The notes beneath the pieces were generated by a model that saw only the letters and a program-made list of their open reading frames with translations, was not told the DNA's origin and did not search any database. Shown piece after piece: positions 37,380-50,530 of a stretch of DNA of 64,000 nucleotides. The stretch is from Octopus bimaculoides (lineage: Eukaryota): assembly GCF_001194135.2 (NCBI RefSeq), contig NC_068989.1:70507185-70571184 (forward strand), in the 5' to 3' direction. The stretch's first letter is position 1. Each line of letters begins with the position of its first letter. The position numbers and the translations under genes were made by a program.

Positions 37380-39289
37380 CCTGCTGCTAGGCTCCAGCAG
37401 GCAGCTCCAGCAAGTTGTCACATGATACTGTCTAAACTTTAACTGACAATGGAGGGCACGTAATCTTAGCCCACACAATCTCTAACAGAGACCGTCACCT
37501 GTCCAGTTTATTGCTCATAAATTTTAGCAAAGAATCTTATATTGGACCCCTAAGGGCCATATGGAATCCTGGTTGAGAACCACTGGATTAAAGAATGATA
37601 AAGGGATAGGAATAGGTGTCTTGCTGAAGAGGAGATACATGGCTTCTCCAACTGGAGAGCAAGAGAAAAGAGATAGTGAGGGTGAACTTATACAACAACA
37701 ATTATTAATACCAGCCAAATAGTTCACATTAAAAAATAGGTTTTTTAAAAAAAAATTACTTATAAAGTTTCAAAATCTACAGGGCAATATTATTTTGATC
37801 ATATGGCAGGGTGGTGAGGTGGGGTGGCTTCAAATATAGAAAATAAGGAATTGGAAACCTTTGATTAATAGATTATCAAAGCAATTAATAGACAAGGAGC
37901 CTACAGTATATCTATTTACTTTGCAGAATGCTTCCTAGCACTGTTTTTACCTTTGGATATGGACATAATCAATGGCAATCACATGACAAATAATTGGAAT
38001 CAATCATATTCTATCAATACCTAGATTAATGAGAAATTAACAACTGTTAAAAAAAACAAACAACAAAACAAAAAACAAATATCTGGCCACCTGGTAAACC
38101 AGTTTTAACCCAAAATAATGATTCCTAGATATATGTAACAAAAATGTTACAAGAGGCTAATTAGATAATTACTGAAAAACACTATATATAAAGACTAAGA
38201 TCATGAAATCAATGGTAGCTCACACACAATATGTTGACTTACATTGCTTTAGCCATAAAAATTCACTACTCATCTCTGCATTGAGTTCTACTATATATAT
38301 ATAATTTTTTCTATATTTTTCATATTATTTGTTAAGCACAATACTATATAATATAGCTCAGAGAAAAAAAAATCAAACAAAACAAAGCCAAACTTAAAAA
38401 GCCATCATGAAATGAGAAACAGAGGAAAATTGCAGATTCAAAGAAATGATAGAAAAGGATGCAGCTGCAACTTAAAACAATCAAAGAGTATTGTCCAGTA
38501 AAGGAGATGTGTAGAAATAGTGACTACCTAGAACCTTCTTAATAAAGCTAGCAGAGATCTCATCTAAGAAGTGAATACAGTGAAGAATTCAAAAGGTTTC
38601 TTTCATTTTTTCTTTTTGAGTATTATTATTTTTAAACAGTCACTTTGAAAACAAATATTAGCAAAAAGAGAACATTAATATATCTATCTATATATATATA
38701 TATATATACGTTGGGATGTATCGAAGAGTAGAGATAAGTGGAGTGTAAATAGTTTTCAATAGCCTTTTAGGCTTTAAATGTGAATATATATTTTTATATT
38801 TGGTCATTCAGAACTAGAACTAACTGGACAGCTTTACGTTTCATCAGAGACAAAATATTGTGGTCAACATTTGTCAGTCTCTAATTCTAATGACTAAGTT
38901 CTGGAATCAGAACTATAAGTCTAAAAGGACAAGACCATGAAATTTCATATCTGGTGAAACTGGAAGTACCCAGCTGGTTCAGGTTCCCTTGCCTTACATT
39001 GAAGAGAGTTGAAATAGGGGCCAGCAACCACTTCTCCTCAAATATGTTATGAAAACCACCCAAAAGAACCAGAGATGCCAGGTGCAGATGAACCAACATG
39101 TTGTTTGGCATGGAATGGTTTGAGTAGTAGTAGCAGTAGTTAGGCTGATGCTCAACTTCTTCAGATTTCTTCACTGTTCTTAGTAGTGATAACAGAAGCA
39201 GTAGTGGTAATCATGGACTTTCCCATTGTTAGATGACATATGAAGGTTCAACAATTTCTTGCTGACCAACCATACAGATGTCCTTTTTT

Positions 39290-40206
39290 TTATGGTGACC
39301 AAATGTTTGTGTTCACATAAGCTCAGTCCCTCCATCAGAGAGACATTACGTGCACAGGTGCACGGCATGCCATGTATCAGATGATGAAATGATTGCAGAG
39401 AAATGTGAAACAAAGTGCTTTGCTCAAGAACGCAACACCCAGCATGGGAATCAAAACCATGATCTCACAATCATGAGTGCAACACCCTAACCACTTAGCC
39501 ATATGTTAATAATAATCCTTTCTACTATAGTCACAAGGCCTGAAATTTTGGGGGAGGGGGATAGTCGATTACATCAACCCCAGTTTTCAACTGGTACTCA
39601 TTTCATTGATCCCAAAAGAATGAAAGATAAAGTTGACCTTGGTAGAATTTGAACTCAGGACAAAAAGACAGACAAAATGCCACTGAATATTTTGCTTGGC
39701 ATACTAATGGTTCTGCCAGCTTGCTGCCTTAATTGTAATAATAACAACAATAAGAATAATAATTCCTTCTACAATAGGCATAAGGCCTGAAATTTTGGAG
39801 GGAGGAGCTAGTCAATGCTAGTGCTCAATTGGTACTTTATTTCATCAACCTGGAAAGGATGAAAAGCAAAGTCGACCTTGGTAACGTTTGAACCTGGAAC
39901 ATAAAACCAGAAGAAATGCCACAAAGCAATTTATCTGGAATGGTTATGGTTCCACCTGTTCACTGATAATGATGATGATGATAATAATAATAATAATAAT
40001 AATAATGGTTTCAAATTTTGGCACAAGGCCAGCAAGTTTGAAGGAAGAGCGGGTAAGTTGATTATATCAACCTCAGTGTTCAACTGGTACTTATTTTATC
40101 GGCCCTGAAAGGATGAATGGCAAAGTCAACCTCGGAGGAATTTGAACTCAGAACATATAGACAAAATGCTGACAAGCATTTCGCCTGGCGTGCTAACGAT
40201 TCTACC
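39290..40206 (-). mobile_element. One family C SINE followed by three stacked family A SINEs separated by (AAT)n
   Basis: A copies at 39511-39731, 39761-39965 and 40007-40206. Confidence 0.85.
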
Positions 40207-40457
40207 AAAACGGCAAGAGCAATTACTAAAGTATTATTGGCAAAGCAATAGATCTTTGGATGTAATCAATAAAAACTGAGAGGAGGAAAAAAAGAAAAAA
40301 AAAGTGTCAGAGTCTATATTTGACTAAGACAGAAGATCAAAAGAAAAAGATTAAAAAAAAAAAAAAAGTGTATCCTGGAAGAGAAAAAACACTAATGTTA
40401 CAATCATAAGATAACGTTTGAAATTGTGACAATGGCTGAAAATAGAAGAAACTGCAC

Positions 40458-40624
40458 CTGTGACTTCTGCTCTTTACTATCTTTCTGCTCACAAGGAGAT
40501 TGGGTTTGGGATTTACTCATCAGTTTGGATTCTCGCTGTTCTTTGCGCTGTTCTTGCTTGCGTTGCTTTTCAGCAGCCATATGAGCTAGGTCTGTCATGT
40601 TCACATAGGTCGGTTGTTGACCAC
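40458..40624 (-). CDS. MTSS1: MTSS1-like exon E (GGQQPTYVNMTDLAHMAAEKQRKQEQRKEQRESK...KSQ)
   Basis: Poly-T tract and tcaaag| acceptor, donor CAG|GTGCAG; 167 nt, phase 1-0, open frame compatible with exons D and C. Confidence 0.8.
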
Positions 40625-40650
40625 CTTTGAAGACACAAAAAAAAAAAAAA

Positions 40651-41021
40651 NNNNNNNNNNNNNNNNNNNNNNNNNNNNNNNNNNNNNNNNNNNNNNNNNN
40701 NNNNNNNNNNNNNNNNNNNNNNNNNNNNNNNNNNNNNNNNNNNNNNNNNNNNNNNNNNNNNNNNNNNNNNNNNNNNNNNNNNNNNNNNNNNNNNNNNNNN
40801 NNNNNNNNNNNNNNNNNNNNNNNNNNNNNNNNNNNNNNNNNNNNNNNNNNNNNNNNNNNNNNNNNNNNNNNNNNNNNNNNNNNNNNNNNNNNNNNNNNNN
40901 NNNNNNNNNNNNNNNNNNNNNNNNNNNNNNNNNNNNNNNNNNNNNNNNNNNNNNNNNNNNNNNNNNNNNNNNNNNNNNNNNNNNNNNNNNNNNNNNNNNN
41001 NNNNNNNNNNNNNNNNNNNNN
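40651..41021. other. Assembly gap 26 nt upstream of the exon E acceptor
   Basis: N run. Confidence 1.
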
Positions 41022-41070
<49 letters not shown>

Positions 41071-41231
41071 CCATAGAAACTAGGAAACCAGACCAAAGCT
41101 CCTTATAAAATAATGAGGACTAACCATTGCAGAGAAGGTATGTACAGGGATTGTTGTTTATTAAGCAAATGTTTGACCGATGTAAAGTGTTGAGTAACTG
41201 TCACTGCTCTAATGAAGGCCGGTCACAAACA

Positions 41232-41720
41232 TCATCATCATCATCATGATAATTTAACATCCAGTTTCCATGTTGGGTTGGATGGTTTGACAGGATCTGA
41301 TAAACCATAGGGCTGTGTCATGCTCCAATATCTACTTTAGCAATGGCTTCTTGAGATGGATGCACATTCCTAACACCAACCACTTTACAGAGTGTACTAA
41401 GAGCTTTTCTTTTGAGGCATTGGGACTAGTGAGCTCATTAACTAACTTGCAAGACAAGACCCCACTCAACTGAGTGGGAGTGTAGCATTGAGGGAGGTGA
41501 TTTTGTGTCAGGTGTTGAGGGGTGAAAGTATTATAGAGAGGCAGTAACAGGTGTCTTGCTGAACAAGGGATACATGGTTACCCCATGAGTGGATGCACAT
41601 TACAAATGCCAACCACTTTACAGAGTGTACCGAGTACCACCTTTGTCGTGGTACTAACACTCATGAGGATCACCTTGTAAAACTTGCAAGGCTAAGGGCC
41701 TAATGTGGGTCCCAACTAAG
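41232..41720 (-). mobile_element. Retroposon family D, decayed, with an internal partial repeat
   Basis: (CAT)n tail; ggatgcacatt...ccaaccactttacagagtgtac occurs twice (about 41360 and 41590). Confidence 0.6.
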
Positions 41721-42375
41721 AAGACAGAGTGGGTGATGATTCTAGTTGTGGTGGGTTGGTGAAGTGGGGGAAGTAAGATGAGAGGGACCGATTTGTAGTT
41801 GGGAAAGATGATAGCAATGAGAGTAACAGAGTAATAGTCATTAACTAAGGGAATAGTATGTTAGGGAACAGGGAGAAAGGGAAAGGATAGTGTTAGGGGT
41901 TATTGAGAAAAGTACGATGGGGTTAGAATGGAAAGGTGATAGAGAGGGTTGCGTAGAAGAGGTTTTGGGCTATCCAACATTATAAAGGGAGAAAAATAAA
42001 CTTTTTGGCAAACAATTGATTGCTTGGAATATGAAAATTTCAATAAACTGGAGAAACAAAATGTAGATACAATAAGTCAGAATAAATCTTACAATAGATA
42101 TATTACAAATAAGTTATATGTCAATCTAGATAGAGGTCATTGTCAATTAATTAAATGTCGTTATGATGGGTACCATCATTTGCATTAGTTCAATGACTTT
42201 ATGCTTCTTTAATAACTTAAACTAAATAAATTAATAAAAATCAGACATTAAAGATATATATTTTTCAAGAATGATAACAAAATATATATGTACATATTTA
42301 TACATACACACAGGATGGACTAAAAGTCAAAAAGAAATTTTGTAATACTATAATATATATATATATATATATATA

Positions 42376-42553
42376 NNNNNNNNNNNNNNNNNNNNNNNNN
42401 NNNNNNNNNNNNNNNNNNNNNNNNNNNNNNNNNNNNNNNNNNNNNNNNNNNNNNNNNNNNNNNNNNNNNNNNNNNNNNNNNNNNNNNNNNNNNNNNNNNN
42501 NNNNNNNNNNNNNNNNNNNNNNNNNNNNNNNNNNNNNNNNNNNNNNNNNNNNN
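42376..42553. other. Assembly gap
   Basis: N run. Confidence 1.
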
Positions 42554-42587
42554 ACACACACACACGTAAACACATATATATACATAT

Positions 42588-43395
42588 GTGGAAAATTCTG
42601 TCTGTGGAGGGGTTAGCTAACTCCTCCTACATCGTTTTATTGATTTTGATGAAACCTGGCACGTGAGTAGAACTTATGTCTGGAAACCTCATGGCATACT
42701 CAGATTGTTGAAAAAAAATTGATAATAGGGCCCCTGGAAGGGATACTTATATATAATTAATATATTTTAACAGGCAAAGGAAATAACCTATTCATATTCC
42801 TAAATTATTTGGTATAAATCAAAGTGATTATGTTTATTTCTTAGCATTTAATTAGAGTTATTTTTGCAATTTATCCAGTACAACCATTAAACAAGTAAAT
42901 AGTATTTTCCTAAACAATAGATCCACTTATTTTGGTTAGTGACTTATTCATGAATATACCAACACCAGCGCCCCAGAGGGTAATATTCTCTGGGAACGCA
43001 CAAAGGCCCTTTTCAGAGTTATTTACTTTGAATTGTTATTATCTCGTATCTGATTAGCCTGTTATTACATAACATGCTTCATGAGTTTAGCATAATACCT
43101 TATTAGTATTTCCTCCTATGTTCTATATACTCTGGGAATGCATTAAAGCCCTTTCCAGGGCTACTTTATTTGAACTCTTAATATCTGGTAACTAATTTCA
43201 TGTTATTACATAACTGACTTTACAATTTGGGTATTCATAACTTATTGGGAATTCCTAAAAACATTCTCTGTAAATGCACAAAAACTGTTTTAAGGGCTAC
43301 GTTGTAGTGCTGTTATTGGATTAGCGAAACAATTATGAGAATGGAATCAAGGGATAAGCCCTATTTCCCCAGGAATTACTGGATACGTCAGCTAG

Positions 43396-43396
<1 letters not shown>
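42588..43396 (+). mobile_element. Non-autonomous Helitron/Helentron-like element with internal tandem repeats of about 140 bp
   Basis: 3' ccag-gaatta-ctgg hairpin followed by CTAG|T; 5' gattttgatgaaacctggcac motif; repeat units start at 42988, 43130 and 43266. Confidence 0.5.
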
Positions 43397-43465
<69 letters not shown>

Positions 43466-45140
43466 CATACACACACATATATATATATATATATATTATA
43501 AAGTGTATATAGATGTGAAACATCACATGACTTACAAAAAAATTTCCTTTCATGACATTTGGCCCACCCTGTGTGTATGTATACATATAACCTCATAAAA
43601 TTTATAAGACTAAATACAGAAACAGCAAAACAATTTCTTTCAAGGAAAGCTTTTTTTTTTAATATTTATTTTCAGAAACAACTACTTTATATTATGCTAC
43701 TACTGTAAGAAATGCTACAAATCTAAATTCTACAGTATTGCCAAATATTTTTTTTTTTTCATGCAGCACCTCAGGATAGAGAGAGAACCAATAAACTTGT
43801 CTTGTGATTCCAAGTAAAAAGATTCAAAATAAGAAGAGCAAAACTGTAGACTCATAGAACAAAGAAAAAAAAAAATTTAAACGTATGAGAATATTGTTTC
43901 TTTGAGTTTGGCAGGAAAATATTTGAAAGAAGTTCCGCTGTTATGGCATTTTTTTTCCTGTTAAAGTAAGCATATCATTATAAAAAATTAAAAAAGCCAT
44001 CATAATCATAAAAGATAAATGTTCTCACCAGACAACCCATCATATTTTACCTCAATTATTATTATTATTTCTTTTTGTTTGTTTCAATGTGTGGATGGAT
44101 CTACTCAAAGTTGAACTTTGAAAAGATCATTATCTTTTAGCAATTGAATTCTTTACAGTTCATTTTCTGCCATTATGATTGGTCAGAAAGGCTGGAAATA
44201 AGCATATAATATGCTGACCAAGAGAATAGTACAAGATATCTATCTAAGCTATAAATCACATAACCATATTATGAAAATAAAATAAAATAAAATAAAAACT
44301 AAAAAATTCCAGTGGCTGCGCACTCATTGGTAGCTAATTTACAAATAAGTATTAATTAGCTGTAATTAATTAACTGAAAAAAAAAAAGGACTTATAAAAA
44401 AATAACATAATAGAAATGTTTGATTAATAGACAAAAATGTATCCCTTAAGTAAAAGTATATTCATAGTCAGGGTTACATTACAAGAAATATCAAATAAAT
44501 TCATAAATTCTTATGTACTTTTAGGAAAAAGAAAATTAGTGGCTAAATAATTTCAAGACTAGAATTTTCGAAATAGTTTCAGCTTTTGATCTGTGAGAAG
44601 TGATAGATGTTCTTTCTGTTACTCTGAAGGGGCTGAACGAAAAAAACAAAACAAAAATAAAAATAAAAACAAAAACAAACTAAACTTTATCATGCTAACT
44701 GCTGATAACAGAACAAACTACAGACATTGCAACTACTTTTTCAACACGATTACAAACACTAAAAGACGAAAAAAATTTATAAGAGAGAGAGAGAGGAGAG
44801 ATATTTTATAATCTTTAAACACGATGGAATCGTTAGTTTTGATCAAGAAAGGAATCGGTAAATACGACTATGTATTAGTATTAGTATGTGAGATCCAAAA
44901 CTATCTTTCTGAAATCACAGTTTCTTTCCTGTGAGAACATCATTATTGATACAATTCCTGATAAACTTAGTATTAACTAGTGCCTGTAAGTTTACAAATA
45001 GACTAGTTTTTAGAAAATAAAATAGGGGAAAAAAAGGAAATATAATCGTGGACCTCCCTTCAATGATTTTAGAAACAGTAAGCATCCTAAGTTTTCTAAC
45101 CAGCCTTTAGCAACCATATATATATATATATATATATACA

Positions 45141-45307
45141 CACTAGCATAGCTGGAGTGTATGCTTCCCAGGGAAGCCCTTCATTTACTGCCCCCAGGCC
45201 TCCAATAAAAGTACATATTGCCTATTGCAGACCCAAAAGTGGTGCCGCCCTATAAAAGTGCTGCCTGGGTCAGACTGCTCCCACAGCCTCTGCCTCTAGC
45301 TATGCTA

Positions 45308-45310
<3 letters not shown>
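45141..45310. mobile_element. 170-bp MITE with 17-bp TIRs, inserted in (TA)n
   Basis: cactagcatagctggag versus the reverse complement of ctctagctatgctagta, 15/17 identical. Confidence 0.65.
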
Positions 45311-45346
<36 letters not shown>

Positions 45347-45646
45347 ATGTGTGTATGTTTAGTGTCAGAAGAAAGAGTACTCAATACTATGGTAGATATT
45401 AAATAAGATTTTTAGTTTGGTTGAGTCAATTTCTTGTGAGGAGTTTTTCTTCTGCATTCACAGGGTCTACAGGCAAGTTATGAGTCATGAGTTAAAACTC
45501 CAGAGAAGCAAAAGACTGGTTCAGTCAAAATAAATATACATAGTAACAAAAAAGTCTGTTACTTCTGCTAAATATTAATAAAAATATGCATATACTTATA
45601 TTTTGAGTTCTATTTTCCGTGTTTGCACCAACATACCTATATATAC

Positions 45647-45852
45647 NNNNNNNNNNNNNNNNNNNNNNNNNNNNNNNNNNNNNNNNNNNNNNNNNNNNNN
45701 NNNNNNNNNNNNNNNNNNNNNNNNNNNNNNNNNNNNNNNNNNNNNNNNNNNNNNNNNNNNNNNNNNNNNNNNNNNNNNNNNNNNNNNNNNNNNNNNNNNN
45801 NNNNNNNNNNNNNNNNNNNNNNNNNNNNNNNNNNNNNNNNNNNNNNNNNNNN
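45647..45852. other. Assembly gap
   Basis: N run. Confidence 1.
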
Positions 45853-45908
45853 TGGTATTTGAGTACTCTTTTTTTTCTACCTTGTTTCACATTTATGTGC
45901 TTACTCTG

Positions 45909-45987
<79 letters not shown>

Positions 45988-46275
45988 TTTTGAGCGTGAC
46001 CGTTGCCAGTACTGCGTGACTGGCCTTTGTATTCTTTTCAACTGTCTACAAGCACAGCCAGGCTGAAATAATTAATGCATTTTTCCAGGTGTGAATAAAA
46101 AATTCTCTAACTTGAGGGGATGGGCCCTTTAGATACTAACATGGCCCCATATATAAATTCTAGTGGCGCAGGGGCCCACTTGCCATCAGGCAAGCTGGCC
46201 AGTCCACCACTGAATATAAATCAAGATAAATAAAAGTCATAATTTATATTAGTAATCTTTAATATAAACTATGTA

Positions 46276-46372
46276 TACAGCATTTACAAGTGCACCTAAG
46301 ACAGGAAAAGGTAATCCTGTGAGAAGAGCTGTTTACCTTATTCTACCTTAGGTGTGCTTGTAAATATCTGTA
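46276..46372. repeat. Imperfect inverted repeat, arms of about 39 bp and an 18-nt spacer
   Basis: tacagcatttacaagtgcacctaagacaggaaaaggtaa versus ttaccttattctaccttaggtgtgcttgtaaatatctgta. Confidence 0.7.
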
Positions 46373-47642
46373 AACACACACAACTATAAATGTATATATA
46401 AGCTGCTTTTCTCATGCATAAAATTTAACACCAAAATTAAAAGAAAACCAAAAAAGTTAAAAAAATTTCAACTTACAAAAAATGAAGAAAAAGTCAAAAT
46501 CTAGAGTAAACTTTTTTAACTGACATGATGTTTAAAAACTCAAAACTATATATTCCTAAGCAATATTTCATTAACATTACAATTCTTTTGAATCTTTAAA
46601 AATTTTATGCAAAAAGACCATGAAATATCTTGAAATATATTTTCTGAAGAATAAAATTAGCAGGGATGGGATTTGGTTAATGAATATGATCAGCTACATA
46701 TTTTCTAAGAATGGCTATTTGCAGATAGACTGGATCATTTAGTAAGAAGCTTCCAATGACCACAAGTTTGGATCACATTTTGTGACACATGGGTGATCAT
46801 ACCTGATTAGAAAACAGAATGTCTTTGATCATAAATCTACTCAATCAGGGGTGACCTGGGACAGGTGTTAAATGATAACCAAATGAAATTCATACCAGAA
46901 ATAAAATCCTTCCAGGTCAAAGAATTCCTATGGAGAGGTGTTTTATTTCCTGATGAACTGGAGTGAGACAACAAAACAAAATTTCTTCCAGTTTTAAAAT
47001 TATCTTAAATTAAAACCCTCCAACAAAATTGAATGTAAATTTGCTCTAAACACCAGCTTCATATTGACATTAGTCATTTTACTAAATTCTTCATTATTTC
47101 CAAAATTAATTGAAATAAAGGCAGAAATCTTCAACAGAAATATACTAACAAAGTAGTCAAAATTTTTCTCTCAATTTCTTGACAAAATAAAATTTTATCC
47201 TATATTCCTTGATTGGCATTAGAAGTTAGATACAGAGACACCAATATGAATATGAAAAAGAACCAAAACAATAAAACTTAATAAAATGTTAAATTGTAGA
47301 AGAGAGAGACAAATGTAGCTTTACATATAACACACATAGTATTGTCATGATTCTGCTCAAGAATTACATTAAGAGCACACATGCCTGTGGAATGCCCAGC
47401 CACTTAGACCACCTGAATCCCTATTATTGAGCAACAGAGGTCTATCGGCACTGCCAACATATGGTATAATTAACAAAATCAGTTAGCTAACACTGAAATA
47501 TTCTTTTGTTACACCTTCAAATAAAACACAAATTACTACATAAGTGTACCCCTGATGGTTGGTTGTCAAAGGGGAGACAATCCCTTTGAGATTAAATTGA
47601 GACAGGCTTGGAAGGTTGAAATTTTAATCAATGATTTAAGAC

Positions 47643-47818
47643 ATCATCATCATCATCCAGTGTTTTAAATCCGGGTTTTGTCCCTGTTAACAGGGGTGGC
47701 CGTTTCTACCTCAATGCCATAGTAACCGCCCTCACACCACTCACCCGGTTTTGGGCGTCCTCCTTTCTCATACCAACCCTCCTAATCTCCTCTTCTACCT
47801 GTCCCCTCCACCATTCCA
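47643..47818 (-). mobile_element. RTE-clade LINE 3' end with (ATG)n tail, inserted in a local duplication
   Basis: Translation WRGQVEEEIRRVGMRKEDAQNR matches the RTE C-terminal W...V..D..GL..EDA.DR pattern. Confidence 0.65.
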
Positions 47819-47921
47819 CAGTGTATGGAATATACACATTTAATATATCTTTTTCCTATACAGTATAAAGATTTTGAAAATTTCAAAGTATATCCATATC
47901 TACGTACATATAAACATGTGT

Positions 47922-47960
<39 letters not shown>

Positions 47961-48639
47961 CACACACACCTGGTGTCCCCTTGTGGTCAGCTGTCATAGG
48001 GGAGACAATCCTTCTAGATTAAGTTAAGTTGAAGGTTTTGAAGTTTGAAATTTTAATCAATGATTAAAGACAATGGTGTACAGAATACACACATTTAATA
48101 TTTCTTTTTCCTACACAGTATAAAAATATTAAAGTTCCTAGTCATTGATAGCTGTGAAATTTTTAGTAGTTTCTTAGTGCCTGAGAGAGACCAAATAAGG
48201 TAAAAACTAATGAGGTAAGAAAGCAGAAAGCATTAATTTGTCTTAAGAAAAAAAATACCTAAAAAGCAAATGGAAAAATATAGAACCCAAAACATCAACA
48301 GCCTAACAACAGGAAACTAATATAAATTAAGTAATAAATTAGGAAATAGTCAGATGGAGGAAGTTTATTCAATTAGCTTTGATGTTACCACTGTGTTATG
48401 ATAAGAAGAAGGAGAGGGGAAAAATATAGTGGCAATTGGCAAACAACTTGAAATCTTATCCAGTTATAAGAAATATACAGAAATATACATTGACAAAGGA
48501 CTGTAACTACTTCAAAATGGATTCTATTTCAAATTGACAGAATAAATAAAGAAATAAAGAAAAACCATAATTAAAAATAAAAACTACTCTTTCAACATAA
48601 ACATGTCTGTTTGAGTGTGTGTATGTGTATGAGTATATA

Positions 48640-48701
<62 letters not shown>

Positions 48702-48878
48702 TACGTATATACTCATGTACACACACATGCATCTGTGTCTGTATTAACATATGTACACATATATGTAAAATATGCAGATGGATATTTTTTTTTCATTTAA
48801 TGTCCATGTTTGATGCTGGCTTGGGTTGTACATATACGTACAATATATATATGCATACTATATTTTTGAATATATATC

Positions 48879-48918
<40 letters not shown>

Positions 48919-49164
48919 CATACATAGACATGCATGTATATATATATATATACACACACACACATAATACATATGTATGCTATAGTCTTGTATTGGTTTA
49001 CTTTATCTCATATTACCAAGTAGAATAGTTATCCATAATTTCACTGCAGCCCTATTTAGTGAGATCTACATGGAATGTCTTAGATAACTAATGGGATTGG
49101 TGCATGTGGGAAATACAAGGTGAGATGGGGGGGGGGATTCAAAATGAATTCCAGCCACCTGCAC

Positions 49165-49205
<41 letters not shown>

Positions 49206-49222
49206 TTGAACAACCAGGTAAT

Positions 49223-49261
<39 letters not shown>

Positions 49262-49600
49262 GAAATAAATGAAACAAATTATGAGTTATTATTATCATCA
49301 TACAAGAGAAATAATAAATATTTCNNNNNNNNNNAGAGTGACGTTTTTGCTGTTATGCTAAGCAAAATAAATGCATAAATTTTTTTTAAATGGTGAAAAA
49401 AAAACAAAACAAAACAAAATCTGTAGAATATTTACAAACTACTAAATAAACAACAAATGCTGTTTCTACGGAAACACAAAAGTTGAAACAGGAAAGACAA
49501 CTTTTCAACTATCTTCATCACAAAGAAAAAAAAAAAAAAATGCCAATCACTCAAGAAATTGAGAATTTAATATTAATTTGATGAAGATGATAATAATAAT

Positions 49601-50040
49601 AATCCTTTCTATTATAGACACAAGGCCTGAAATTTGGAGGAATGGGACAGTCAATTACATCAACCCTAGTGTTTCACTGGTACTTAATTTATTGACGCTG
49701 AAAGGATAAAAGGCAAAGTTGACCTTGGTGGAATTTGAACTCAGAATGTGAGGAAAGACAAAATGCCATTAAGCATTTCACCCTGCATGCTAACGATTCT
49801 GCCAGCTTGCCACCTTAATAAAAATAATAACGATTTCAAATTTTGGCACAAGGCCAGGAACTTTAGGGGAAGGGTAAACCAATTACACTGACCCCCAGTA
49901 CTCAACTGGTACTTATTTTACTGATGCCAGAAGGATGAAAGGCAAAGTTGACTTTGGAATTTGGAATCAGAATGTAAAGACAGATGAAATGCTGCTAAGC
50001 ATTTTTCCCAAAGTGCTAACAATTTTGTCAGCTCATCACC

Positions 50041-50090
<50 letters not shown>

Positions 50091-50530
50091 CCTTTCTGCT
50101 ATAGGCACAAAGCCTGAAATTTGGAGGAGGGGGATAGTTGATTACATCGACCCCAGTATTTGACTGGTACTTGTTTTATTGATCCCGAAAGGATGAAAGG
50201 CAAAGTTGACCTTGTTTGAATTTGAACTCAGAATGTGAAGATGGATAAAATGCCACTAAGCATTTTCCCCAGCATGCTGATGATTCTGAAAGTTTGCTGT
50301 TGTAATAATAATAATAATAATAATAATCCATTATACGATAGGCACAAAGCCTGAGATTTTGGGGGAGGGGAACAGTTGATTACCCCCAACAAGTTGACTG
50401 GCACTTTTTTCATCGACCCTGAAAAGATGAAAGGCAAAGTTGACGTCGACGGAATTTGAACTCAGAATATGAAGACAGACGAAATGCTGCTTAGGCTTTT
50501 TCCTGGAATGTTGATGATTCTGCTAGCTCA
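49601..50530 (-). mobile_element. Head-to-tail stack of four family A SINEs separated by (AAT)n
   Basis: Copies at 49601-49816, 49830-50042, 50090-50300 and 50327-50530. Confidence 0.9.

Larger units (their letters stand above)
36986..37585. mobile_element. hAT-type MITE (TIR cagtggttctcaa) carrying a nested insert of about 390 bp
   Basis: TIRs at 36986-36998 and 37573-37585; 8-bp flanks tgttaaag/gattaaag resemble a TSD. Confidence 0.75.

Noticed and set aside
38530-38570. 36-nt segment MRSLLALLRRF* between AG and GT
   Set aside because: Ends in a stop, with weak donors
44613-44633. Strong acceptor with a 10-nt exon CCCCTTCAGA|GTAACA
   Set aside because: Frameshifting, with no partner I could support
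49601-50530. CRISPR-like repeat/spacer appearance of the SINE stacks
   Set aside because: Units are ~210-bp diverged SINE copies in eukaryotic DNA, with no short identical repeats or cas genes
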